DNA of 64,000 nucleotides from an uncultured Nitrospiraceae bacterium (GTDB taxonomy: Bacteria; Nitrospirota; Nitrospiria; Nitrospirales; Nitrospiraceae): positions 768,001-832,000 of the forward strand of contig CAVPLT010000004.1 of NCBI GenBank assembly GCA_963706325.1, in the 5' to 3' direction. The notes below the pieces were generated by a model. It ran no database searches, had not been told where the DNA came from, and was given only the letters and a program-made list of their open reading frames with translations. A program made the translations under genes and the position numbers. Shown piece after piece: positions 40,013 to 49,519 of this stretch. How positions within the stretch are numbered: the stretch's first letter is position 1; the number at the start of each line of letters is the position of its first letter.

Positions 40013-42046
40013 ATGACCAATATCCAGGCAAAAATCCTGTTGGTTGATGACGACGCCAGAAGTCTGATGGCAATGGAAACATTGCTGACGGGTCCCGGAA
40101 GGGTCGTCATCACGGCAGATTCTGGCCAGGAGGCTCTGCGCCAAGTGCTTCGTCACGATTTTGCCGTGATTCTGCTCGATGTCCGCATGCCCAGAGTCGA
40201 TGGATTCGAGGCTGCCGAATTAATACGACAGCGGGAGCAGTCGCGTCACACGCCGATTATCTTTTTATCGGCTGTGGACAAGTTGGACGAAGATGTATTC
40301 CGAGGACTGGCGAGCGGGGCAGTGGACTATCTGTTTAAACCGGTCGTTCCCGAAGTACTGCAAAGTAAAGTTTCTGTATTCGTGGACCTGTATCGTATGC
40401 GCGAGCGGGTGAAGATTCAGGCTGTTCGGCAGGGGGAAGAGCGTTTTAGCCTGCTGGTGGACAGCATCAGGGACTATTCAATTCTCCTGCTGAGTCCGGA
40501 AGGGACGATCACCAGCTGGAATCCCGGCGCCCAACTGGTCGAAGGATACGAAGCGTCGGAAGTCATCGGCCTCAACCATGCCGTATTTTTCGCCAGCGAG
40601 GAGATCACACAAGGTAATCCGGCCCTGACGCTGGAAATGGCGGCAGCCGCCGGTCAGCATGAGGACGAAGGTTGGAGAGTGCGCAAGGATGGATCCAGAT
40701 TCTGGGCCAATGTCGTCACGACCGCCATGAAAGACGAGGCCGGAAAAATCAGCGGGTTTGCCCGCGTCGCCCGTGATCTGACGGAGCGGAAGGCCGCGGA
40801 GGAACAGTTACGAAAGATTGCCGTCGAACTGGAACAGCGCGTCAGCGAACGGACGCAAGAATTGCGCGATTCTCACGTGCGGCTTCGTGATCTCGCGACG
40901 GAACTGACTTTGACGGAACAGCGCGAGCGGCGGAGGTTGGCGGGCGACCTGCACGACTATTTAGCGCAATTACTGGTACTCATCCGGATAAAAATCCGCC
41001 AAGCCTCGGCCCATGTCAAAGAAGCGGCTCCGACGTCCCTGCTGATGGAGGCCGATCAGGCCATCATCGACTCGCTCAACTACACGCGATCTTTGGTAGC
41101 CGAATTGGCTCCTCCCGCGCTACAGGAGTTTGGGCTTCTCGAGGGATTCGGATGGCTGGCTGAGCAAATGCAGAATCATGGCCTGACGGTCACGGTTAAA
41201 AAGAACATCCAACGGGTCGAACTGGATGACGACCAGGCGGTGCTCGTGTTTCAATCAACGCGTGAATTGTTATTCAACGTGTTGAAACATGCCGGCACCA
41301 ATCAGGCGGAAGTCACGATTGATAAAAATGACGACGGCCATCTCGTGGTAAGGGTGAAGGATGAGGGTTGTGGTTTCAATCCCGATGAAGTGATCGCACC
41401 GAGCGATGAGCGAAAGCGATTCGGACTATTCAGTGTCCGAGAGCGCACCGAGGCCATGGGAGGCCGACTTGAGGTAACTTCTCTCAGCGACCGGGGCACC
41501 TGCGCGGCATTGATCGTTCCCTATTGGCCTTCGGCGCCACGCCCGGCGATGAAGCCGACGCCGGCCGCACCGCCGGTAGCGCAGGGAGTCGAGTCACGGG
41601 TGAACTTGGAATCTTCCGCGCTCGATGAAAGAGTCCGTTCAACCGGTGATGATCCTGTTCAGGGTAAGGTCCTACGTATACTCCTGGCTGATGACCATGC
41701 GATGGTCCGACAGGGCCTGCGCAGTATTTTGGACGCCTATCGCGACATCACCGTGGTGGGCGAAGCGGCTGATGGAGAGGAGGCAGTGGCAATGGCCGGC
41801 TTGTTGGATCCCGATGTGATCGTCATGGATGTCAATATGGCGAAGTTGGACGGCATCGAAGCGACACGCCGGGTGAAAGCTAAATGGCCTGAGATCCTCG
41901 TCGTCGGGCTCTCAGTATCCACGCGCGCCCAGGTAGAGTCACTGCTGTTAGAGGCAGGGGCCAGCTGCTACGTGTCTAAGGAGTCGGCCGGCGAGCATCT
42001 GTATGGCGCGATTGTCACGGCGGTGCAACAGCACGCCAACCAATGA
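40013..42046 (+). CDS. Cytoplasmic hybrid histidine kinase: REC - PAS - HisKA_3 - HATPase - REC
   Basis: N-terminal REC (LLVDDD..LLDVRMP), PAS (WNPGAQ...WRVRKDGSRFWANV), ERRRLAGDLHDYLAQ, ELLFNVLKHA, and C-terminal REC; AAGGAG RBS. Confidence 0.92.
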   Translation: MTNIQAKILLVDDDARSLMAMETLLTGPGRVVITADSGQEALRQVLRHDFAVILLDVRMPRVDGFEAAELIRQREQSRHTPIIFLSAVDKLDEDVFRGLASGAVDYLFKPVVPEVLQSKVSVFVDLYRMRERVKIQAVRQGEERFSLLVDSIRDYSILLLSPEGTITSWNPGAQLVEGYEASEVIGLNHAVFFASEEITQGNPALTLEMAAAAGQHEDEGWRVRKDGSRFWANVVTTAMKDEAGKISGFARVARDLTERKAAEEQLRKIAVELEQRVSERTQELRDSHVRLRDLATELTLTEQRERRRLAGDLHDYLAQLLVLIRIKIRQASAHVKEAAPTSLLMEADQAIIDSLNYTRSLVAELAPPALQEFGLLEGFGWLAEQMQNHGLTVTVKKNIQRVELDDDQAVLVFQSTRELLFNVLKHAGTNQAEVTIDKNDDGHLVVRVKDEGCGFNPDEVIAPSDERKRFGLFSVRERTEAMGGRLEVTSLSDRGTCAALIVPYWPSAPRPAMKPTPAAPPVAQGVESRVNLESSALDERVRSTGDDPVQGKVLRILLADDHAMVRQGLRSILDAYRDITVVGEAADGEEAVAMAGLLDPDVIVMDVNMAKLDGIEATRRVKAKWPEILVVGLSVSTRAQVESLLLEAGASCYVSKESAGEHLYGAIVTAVQQHANQ

Positions 42047-42267
42047 GAGAGTGAAGGCTGGGACAGCACTACCGAACGCCGACCCTCCGCCCTAGCAGTG
42101 GACGAGCGACATGAGGTGGCGCTCAAAGACAGCGAAATTCACCGCGGCGATGGAGGAAGCCACAAGAGTCCATCACTGGGAACGACCACCCGTATACAAA
42201 TTTGGGGGCTGCTGTCCTGCGATTTAGACAAGCCTAACCTTGGATAGGGCCCAGTGGTCGGACTCAC

Positions 42268-42642
42268 TCATCTCGGAACCGACGGAGGAGGTAATTCAGG
42301 AGCCGCACTTTCCATCACCCGCACGGCTCGACCTTGTTTATCCAGTTTCAGGGTCACTCTCTGGCCCACCGAGAGATTAATGAAGAGCTCTGGCTTAACG
42401 ATCTGGAATGCAACTTCTTTACCGACATCGGTGGTCAGGGTGCCCTTCTTTTCTGCCACATTCACCATGCCGAGCGTTCCGGAGACCGTGTCATAATTCT
42501 CAGCTGTCTCGGCATGTACTTTTGGAAGGCGATGGATCTGAACCTCCGCTAGGGTGCCAAACAGCAAAGCTGCCGCGATCCCGCCCAAAGCTATGCCTCG
42601 AAGGACCAACCGGCTTATGCCCTGTTCTTTCTGATCATCCAT
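42268..42642 (-). CDS. Small exported hypothetical protein with a single OB-fold-like module
   Basis: TM/signal segment, then TVSGTL..VN......LTTD.G.....I.........LSVGQRVTLKLDKQG; AAGGAGGAG RBS. Confidence 0.7.
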   Translation of the reverse strand: MDDQKEQGISRLVLRGIALGGIAAALLFGTLAEVQIHRLPKVHAETAENYDTVSGTLGMVNVAEKKGTLTTDVGKEVAFQIVKPELFINLSVGQRVTLKLDKQGRAVRVMESAAPELPPPSVPR

Positions 42643-42694
42643 AATTCTCCTCCTTCAACGGGCGTCCCCTGCAGGCCACGAATGGCTACCCCGT

Positions 42695-42886
42695 CTATTT
42701 AGGCGAACCGGGCATGAGAGGTGGCTGCGGAGTCGATGGCGGAGTCGGCACAGGATCCGTAGGTCTAGGTGGAACTGTCGGGCCTGGACCTGGTTGAGGC
42801 GCCGGCGTGGGCGCCTGACCAAACAAAAGAAGGGCATCAGCGCAGACAATGCCGCAAAAGCCCAATGTAGCCAATAATCTTCTCAT
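42695..42886 (-). CDS. 63-aa exported proline-rich microprotein
   Basis: Signal-like N-terminus, then QAPTPAPQPGPGPTVPPRPTDPVPTPPSTPQPPLMPGSPK; AAGGAG RBS. Confidence 0.6.
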   Translation of the reverse strand: MRRLLATLGFCGIVCADALLLFGQAPTPAPQPGPGPTVPPRPTDPVPTPPSTPQPPLMPGSPK

Positions 42887-42950
42887 CGAGATTACTCCTT
42901 TCCGCAGCCCCCACTGTCTTGCCGTTATGATCGCCCTTATATGATCGCCC

Positions 42951-43358
42951 TTACTGTGAATTTGCGCCGGACGCCGCAGGCACTGATTCCATCACCACTT
43001 TGTGGCAGATCTCAGCACATTGTCGACAGTCCCTTGCACAGTCTGCACAAAGCGGGTGATGCGGAGCATGTTCCTCACAGACGCCCGCGCAGACCTCACA
43101 CAGTTCCGCGCACAGTGCGCACATGCGGATGGCGAAGGCGGAAGTCCGTCCCATCCATTGGGCGGCGAGCAAACAAATATCGGCGCAATCGCGGCAGAGC
43201 CTGATGCATCGCGCCATTAAATCCTGTGAGGACTGATGGGACATGCCGACCATGTCATCCCCGCAGGTATTGCAAATTCGCGCGCAAGCCAGACAGGCCT
43301 CAATACATTCATTCACATGCTGCCCGACTGAGCGCTGGATGGCGTCGGTTGACTTCAT
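42951..43358 (-). CDS. Cys-rich four-helix bundle copper-storage protein (Csp/DUF326 type)
   Basis: Repeated CxxxCxxCxxxCxxC helices; no signal peptide; GGAGG RBS. Confidence 0.88.
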   Translation of the reverse strand: MKSTDAIQRSVGQHVNECIEACLACARICNTCGDDMVGMSHQSSQDLMARCIRLCRDCADICLLAAQWMGRTSAFAIRMCALCAELCEVCAGVCEEHAPHHPLCADCARDCRQCAEICHKVVMESVPAASGANSQ

Positions 43359-43405
43359 ACGCGCACCTCCCTAATTTCAGACAGGCCCCACCTATGCATA
43401 TGAGC

Positions 43406-43479
43406 ACTCTAGCAAACTCCCGGAAGACAGCTACTAGGGAAACCTCTCGGCTTCCGAATCACGCTAGGGAAGAGTCCGG
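43406..43479 (-). promoter_or_regulatory. Two degenerate palindromic boxes; the first has a -10 element facing the Cu-storage gene
   Basis: CTAGG-GAAACC-TCTCG (43434-43449), 22-nt gap, TAGAGT on the minus strand; second site CTAGG-GAAGAG-TCCGG (43464-43479). Confidence 0.55.
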
Positions 43480-43943
43480 CTGGAAGGAGGCTCAATGATT
43501 GATGAGAGCGCCACGCTGTCAATCGTGCTCTCGGTTTTGCCATTGCAGCGGCTGACCGATCACCTCTTGCAGGGACGGAGAAAGAAGGTTGGGACCGAGA
43601 CAATCGCAATGTGGGAACCGGAGAGAAATGGTTGGTTTCGTGAAGCGGTTGAAAAAAGCTTCGTGCCTTCTCGGCAAAGCCGCCTATTTCACGCGGTTCG
43701 GACCGTGTCGTGGTTACGGAAACTTCATTCCAACAGGGAGTTTTGCCAATGATCTAGAGATAAGCGCCAGAATGGATGCTGCTGGTCAACCCTGTTGTCG
43801 CGGGCCATCTTCGATCTGAATGAACATACAAGCAATCAAATTCATACAGATCGTTACATGAGATCTTTGTGCCTGGTGTTAGCCTCAGCCCGTTTTTCTT
43901 GGTGGCATCGCACCAGGCATATGGCGACCGGCTCTGGGCAGGC

Positions 43944-44408
43944 TTAGGTCTGGGCTACCAGGGATACATCTGAATTTTCCGCAAGTTCGATAGAATACTG
44001 ACCATGACCGAGGTAGCTCAAGCGGATCTGCCCATTCCGGCTCAATCGGTCGACTTCCGAAAATACCTGATTCCACGTCAAGGTTGGGCAGGCCCGGACG
44101 AGCATATCAAGGTCACACTTCTGGACGCTGGAGAAAACATCCAATATTGCGGCAGATGCATTGTTTTGAGCACTGAGCTGTGTGGCGCTTCCTGGCGTTG
44201 TTTCACCGTCGGATTTGCATAATTTGCTGAACTGCGCCGAGCAGTCGGGACAATAGGTGTTGGTGAGGTGATATTCGCCGCTGGAAATGTGATGGGTGTG
44301 CAAAAAAACACCAAGCGTACTCCAGGATTCTTTCCGACTAGCCGGCTGCACATGCTCGCGAACCCGATTACAGACACAACATATAGGGATGACGATGGCA
44401 GCGTTCAT
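43944..44408 (-). CDS. Hypothetical protein with an N-terminal CCxC...YCxxC module and a C-terminal winged-helix-like module
   Basis: IPICCVC...TNTYCPDC, then LDMLVRACPTLTWNQVFSEVDRLSRNGQIRL; GGAGGG RBS. Confidence 0.7.
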   Translation of the reverse strand: MNAAIVIPICCVCNRVREHVQPASRKESWSTLGVFLHTHHISSGEYHLTNTYCPDCSAQFSKLCKSDGETTPGSATQLSAQNNASAAILDVFSSVQKCDLDMLVRACPTLTWNQVFSEVDRLSRNGQIRLSYLGHGQYSIELAENSDVSLVAQT

Positions 44409-44456
44409 TGTACCCCTCCCATGACAGAATGAGGTGCGCGGTGAAACGTGGAGTGA

Positions 44457-44501
44457 ATCGTATTCGCGTTGGGCCCATCAGCAAACTAGGAGGTCCCCTA
44501 G
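44457..44501 (-). promoter_or_regulatory. Palindromic box plus -10 element
   Basis: AAA-CTAGG-AGGTCC-CCTAG-TTT (core 44486-44501), 23-nt gap, TACGAT on the minus strand. Confidence 0.75.
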
Positions 44502-44655
44502 TTTCTTTGTGGGAAAATAAGAGCAAGGGAATCACCTTTGTCTGATTGTAGGGATCGGTGGACCCGCTAATTGGATGCATTATGCACTAGGGATCAGGAG
44601 AGAGGCCCGAGACATGGCCTTTGCACTTGGATGTAGAAAGTCCAGCAGGGTGATC

Positions 44656-46375
44656 CTATCCAGCAGTCGGAAGCGTGTACCGTTCCTCGATGGCCGCTCG
44701 AACGAGCCGCCGGCTCTCGCTGACCGGCAGATCAGACTGCTCTTCGATAGCGCGGACAGTTTGAGCGAGGGTATCGTCCTTGATCGCCTCCTTGATCCAG
44801 GCTGAATAGTCGTGGGCCTGCAGATGGTGTAACCAGGTGGCCTCATCCACTCCATCGCCGAGTTGCATGAAAAGACACCAGATTTTGAGCTCGGAGATTG
44901 AGATGTTTCGCAGGACCCGTGAAGTAAAAACTCCGATCCGGCGGGAGTTCGCCTTCGGCATATTTTCGTCGATGCCGCCGGCGTTCTGTGGTGCTTGGTG
45001 CGATCTTCAGCAGGAAAGGGGGTTCCTGCGAGGCGCGATCCCACATCAGGGCGCGACCTGGTTCAAGGTCTGAGCCTCGCACGAATGGGGTCGACTGGTG
45101 GATCGCGGAGCAGTAGGATCCAATCGTCATCTCGGGCGACCTTCCTAACGCAAACACCATGTCCACGCTCGCGAGGATGCACGGCTCGATCTGGTCGGGA
45201 TGAACGGTGACGTACATCATGCCGCTTAACTCTTTTGCGAGGGCCAGCGCCGTGGGATTGCCGTCCGTAGGAAGCAGGTGATGCGTTTCATCCACGAGCA
45301 CCCAATGCGGTCGGCCGGTTTGTGCACGCAGCTCCTGAAGCTTGGGAAGCAATCCTAAGAAAAATGAAGGCCGGTCTTGTATAGGCAGACCGACCAGATT
45401 CACGACGACATGATTATCGGGATTCGCCAAGGCCGTCAGAATTTCAGAGAGGCTGGGACCGCCGTGCGCCGTTCCGAGGACAATCGCCTGGGGAAAGGTT
45501 TCATAATCACCTTCCGGATCGATGACGCACAATTGATACCCTCGTTCGCCGAGCCGCTCAAGGAGGCCGGTGGCCAGGGTTGATTTCCCGCTGCCGGAGG
45601 TCCCGGCTATCAGTAAATTTTGGCGTGCCGGATAGAGGTTCACTTCATCGCCGTTATCCCGGCTTCCAAGGAGGATTCGATGCCTCGACACAGACTGTTC
45701 CCCTACCGCCAGGTCGTTTGACACTAGGTCGTTGATCAGCTCGATGACGCCCCTGCCACGGCTTCCGGCCGTCGTCCGATCCGCCGTTTCTTTGAGCATA
45801 GGCACGGCGTTCGCGACGGCCACGCCATATTCCGAGAGGGTAAGCATCGCATGATCGTTTTCCCCGTCGCCAATTGCCGTCACATTATGTGGCGAGAGAT
45901 TCAACTCTTTGAGCGCCGCCGTGAGGCCGGTGGCTTTGTTGACTCCCGGGGAAAGCACCATGACGGCGCCTTTATTGAAGATGATCCGCAGTTCTAGACC
46001 AAGATCGCGGATGATATCCAGGATGACGGTTTCGTAGGGCACCCGAGTCGCGACGATCGAATGCCCGATGCTGAGATGTTGCACTCCTCGACGCTGCACT
46101 TCGTCCAGGAAGGCCGGGCGAGGGGCGGGGGCGAGCAGGGTGACCTCCTTGGTGGCAGGACGGTAGAGAACCGCGCCGTTTTCTGCCACTACGCGTTCGC
46201 AGAGGGTGATGTGAGGAAAGATCTCCAATAATTCCGGCAAGAGTCGTCCCGTAACCAGGATCAATTTGCGACCGGAGGCCACCAGTCGTTCGATCGCTTC
46301 AACGGTGTCTGGAGTGACGGTTCCGTCAGTAGCTAAGGTTCCGTCATAGTCTGCTGCCAATGCTAAGTAACGCAT
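44656..46375 (-). CDS. HAD-IIB (Cof-like) hydrolase fused to a P-loop ATPase domain; one frameshift near 44875
   Basis: ADYDGTL, AIGDGEND, GTSGSGKST, IDPEGDY, VDETHH. The C-terminus LFMQLGDGVDEATWLHHL...ERYTLP continues in a shifted frame. Confidence 0.85.
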
Positions 46376-46679
46376 CTCACACGTTCCCTTCCCGACGAAC
46401 TGGCCCCTCTTTCAGCGGCATTGATTCGCCCTATCTGTAGAGTCCTTGGCGTCACGCGTGAGCTTGGAACTCTCCTGTCAGATTCCTAGCTAGCGGCGCG
46501 CATCACCCATGACCACAGAATACAGAGAGGGGAGAGGACCCGATGTCCATGCCCATCATAAGCTTCAACCTTGCTAGTGTTACGTCATGGCCTCTCTGGC
46601 AATCGTCTGTGCGAGATGCACGACGTTTGTCGCGCCAACTCCACAGGGCTTCAGGAAACGAGTCAGCGCTGTGCGCTGC

Positions 46680-48230
46680 CTAAGTCTGGGCTCTTTTCAC
46701 AGGGCTGAGATCGCTGGTCGCAGGGCCATTGAGAACTTTGCCGAGTTTGTCGAACCGCGAACCGTGGCAGGGACAGTCCCAGGTTTTTTCCGAATGATTC
46801 CAGGCCACGATGCAGCTGAGATGTGGGCAGACGGCGGAGCAGGTGTGAAGAATCCCTTGCTCGTCGCGGTACGCCGCAATTTTTGTGAGTCCCTCCCTGA
46901 GCACGGCTCCCTGATCCTTCGGAATTTTCTCTGGACCGTCCACGTCGCCTCCGGTGACCCAGTCGGTATATTGCGCGGCGACGTTCAGGTTTTCGCGCAG
47001 GAATTCGCCGGCGGCGCGAACGGGTTGGCGTGACGGATCATAGAGAGATGCCCAAGCGGATTCACGGCCCATGATCAGATCGGTGATCAAGAGTCCGGCG
47101 ATGGTCCCGTGAGTCATCCCCATGCCGGAGTCACCCGTCGCTACGTATACATTGTCGCTATCACCGGGGTTCCGGCCGATGAATGCTAGCCCATCCACCG
47201 ATTCCATCACTTGTCCGGACCAACGGAAGTCCACTGTCTGCATGAAGGGAAAGCGCTCACGCGTCCAGGCCTCAAGTCGAGCATACCTTGCTTCAGAATC
47301 ATCGGCTTGCCCCGTCTTATGATCCTCACCGCCGACGATAAGAACCGCCCGGTCTCCGCCTTGTGGTAGTGACTGCTGATGGATTCGCACATAGTGGTAG
47401 GGATCCAGCGTATCCCAGAACAACGCCGGTTCAATCGATCCGACCGGTATGGTGGCGCCAATCACGTAACTGATATAGGGGGCCTGTTTGGTATGAATCG
47501 TCACCATGTCGTTGATGGGCGTATTGGTCGCCACCACGACGGCATCTGCGGTCACGACGCATCCTTGGCTGGTTTCCAGCTTAATCTGTTTGCCGCTTTC
47601 GACGGTCGTGACATGCGCGTTGCTGAAGACTCGTCCCCCGCCTGTTTGAATGGCCTTGACCAACCCCGATACATACTTCAAGGGGTGAAATTGACCCTGC
47701 TTGGGAAACCGCAGGCAGGGGCCCGTCATAAACTTTACCCCAGGCAACCGTTCGAGTCGCTCGATACCATCGACGCCGGCCCGTCGGGCGGCCTGCCATT
47801 CTTCGTCGATTACATCGCGGGAATCGTCGGATGGCGCAAAGAGATAGCCGGTCAGCCTGGTGAAATCGCAGTCGATGCCTTCGCTGGTCCGTGTTCTGTC
47901 GATCCAGTCAATGGCTGCCATATGACTACCGGCTGCCAATTTCGCGCCGGATTTCCCGTGGAGACGTTCTATTTCAACGTAGCGGTCGTCGATGGCATTC
48001 GAGAGATGGGCCGTCGTCCTCTGCGTCATGCCACCGCCAGGTTGTCCAGCGTCCAACAAGATAACGGATTTGCCCTCTTTCATCAGGCAGTACGCCGTTG
48101 TGGTCCCGGCGATTCCCGCGCCCACAACACACACGTCGGCGTGAGCTCCTACGTCCAATGGCGGCACAGCCGTTACGTCCTGCAACATCCAGAGAGAAGT
48201 ACTTTGTCCAGATTCGTTGTGCATCATCAT
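46680..48230 (-). CDS. FAD-dependent oxidoreductase with a C-terminal Rieske [2Fe-2S] domain (YhfW-like)
   Basis: VVGAGIAG and Rieske motifs CPHLSC and WDCPCHGSRF. Confidence 0.92.
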   Translation of the reverse strand: MMMHNESGQSTSLWMLQDVTAVPPLDVGAHADVCVVGAGIAGTTTAYCLMKEGKSVILLDAGQPGGGMTQRTTAHLSNAIDDRYVEIERLHGKSGAKLAAGSHMAAIDWIDRTRTSEGIDCDFTRLTGYLFAPSDDSRDVIDEEWQAARRAGVDGIERLERLPGVKFMTGPCLRFPKQGQFHPLKYVSGLVKAIQTGGGRVFSNAHVTTVESGKQIKLETSQGCVVTADAVVVATNTPINDMVTIHTKQAPYISYVIGATIPVGSIEPALFWDTLDPYHYVRIHQQSLPQGGDRAVLIVGGEDHKTGQADDSEARYARLEAWTRERFPFMQTVDFRWSGQVMESVDGLAFIGRNPGDSDNVYVATGDSGMGMTHGTIAGLLITDLIMGRESAWASLYDPSRQPVRAAGEFLRENLNVAAQYTDWVTGGDVDGPEKIPKDQGAVLREGLTKIAAYRDEQGILHTCSAVCPHLSCIVAWNHSEKTWDCPCHGSRFDKLGKVLNGPATSDLSPVKRAQT

Positions 48231-48285
48231 CTCCTTGCCATAGTCGCATCGCATAGACTCAGCCGCGAGCGGAGGTCACGCTGTG

Positions 48286-48329
48286 AGCCTAATGGAGACA
48301 GCGGAGAATACAGCTAGGGATGGGCCTAG
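48286..48329 (-). promoter_or_regulatory. Palindromic box plus -10 element facing the FAD/Rieske gene
   Basis: CTAGG-GATGGG-CCTAG (48314-48329), 22-nt gap, TAGGCT on the minus strand. Confidence 0.7.
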
Positions 48330-48362
48330 TTCATACTGATTCCGATGACGCGCAGGGTCCGC

Positions 48363-48407
48363 CTAGGGATTATCCGAGTTGGCCGCGCGCGTCGCTACCG
48401 CTATTTT
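48363..48407 (+). promoter_or_regulatory. Palindromic box (1 mismatch) plus -10 element facing the ku operon
   Basis: CTAGG-GATTAT-CCGAG (48363-48378), 23-nt gap, TATTTT. Confidence 0.7.
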
Positions 48408-48457
48408 AAATCGTCTGATGAATAAACCGGTACAAGCCTGGAAAGTCACACGATTGC

Positions 48458-48649
48458 ATGAAAATTTGCCCCTATGATTGCAACCCTTGCGCAGACCTCT
48501 CTTGTCTGCATGATGGATGCAAACTGATCACTGAATCGGTCCATCTGATTTGCGACGGCTGTGGCGAACCGGTCCGTTGCGTGAATTGCGCGCATCTATG
48601 TGTCGCCTGTGTCCACCTCCCGGATAAGATTTTCATAGAAAACGACTAA
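48458..48649 (+). CDS. 63-aa Cys-rich small protein
   Basis: 11 Cys including CNPC, CDGC, CVNC and CVAC; ends 9 nt before ku; weak RBS. Confidence 0.6.
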   Translation: MKICPYDCNPCADLSCLHDGCKLITESVHLICDGCGEPVRCVNCAHLCVACVHLPDKIFIEND

Positions 48650-48658
48650 GGTGTACCC

Positions 48659-49519
48659 ATGCCTCGATCCCTGTGGAAAGGATCCATCAGCTTTGGCCTC
48701 GTGAATATTCCGGTCGTGCTCTATTCGGCCGAGAACCGCAATAGCTTCGATCTCACCCTCTTAGATCGGCGGGATATGCACCCGGTTGGCTTCAAGCGCT
48801 ATAACAAGGAGACCGGGAAAGAAGTCAGTTGGGATCAGATTGTCAAGGGATACGAATATGAGAAGGGTCGGTACGTCGTTCTGACCGACGAAGACTTCCG
48901 GCGCGCCAATGTCGAAGCTACCCAAACCATCGACATTGTAAATTTTGTGCAAGCCGAGGACATTGCGCCCACCGCGTTTGAAATGCCCTATTATCTGGCG
49001 CCCGACAAACGAGGAGAAAAGGGGTATGCGCTCCTGCGCGAAACTTTGAAGAAAACCGGCAAGGCCGCGATCGCGACGGTTGTCATTCGCACGAGACAAT
49101 ATATCGCCGCGCTTCTTCCGTGGGACGACATGATGGTCTTGAACACCCTGCGGTATGCCACCGAGCTTCGTCCTACCAAGGACCTGGAAATCCCGGCCAA
49201 GAGTCTCAAAGCCTCCGGGGTCACTCCGCGCGAGCTGGAGATGGCTGCCAGGCTGGTAGAGGAAATGTCCGAAACCTGGAAGCCCGCTCAGTACAAGGAT
49301 ACGTATCATGACGATTTAATGCGGCTGATCAATAAGCGCATCAAAGCCGGAAAAACGGAAGTGATCACCGCTCCGACAAAAGACCGAGACGATGAAAGCC
49401 CGGGACGCGCGAAGGTCGTCGACCTGATGGCGCTGCTGAAGCGAAGCGTGCAGCAACCCAGAAAAGCAAAACAGCCGCCGTCCAAGAGCGAGCGGGACAG
49501 CAGTCGCAAAACCGCATGA
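48659..49519 (+). CDS. ku: Non-homologous end joining protein Ku
   Basis: MPRSLWKGSISFGLVNIPV.LYSA, IVKGYEY, PYYLAPD, GYALLRE, VVDLMALLKRS and a basic tail. Confidence 0.96.
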   Translation: MPRSLWKGSISFGLVNIPVVLYSAENRNSFDLTLLDRRDMHPVGFKRYNKETGKEVSWDQIVKGYEYEKGRYVVLTDEDFRRANVEATQTIDIVNFVQAEDIAPTAFEMPYYLAPDKRGEKGYALLRETLKKTGKAAIATVVIRTRQYIAALLPWDDMMVLNTLRYATELRPTKDLEIPAKSLKASGVTPRELEMAARLVEEMSETWKPAQYKDTYHDDLMRLINKRIKAGKTEVITAPTKDRDDESPGRAKVVDLMALLKRSVQQPRKAKQPPSKSERDSSRKTA

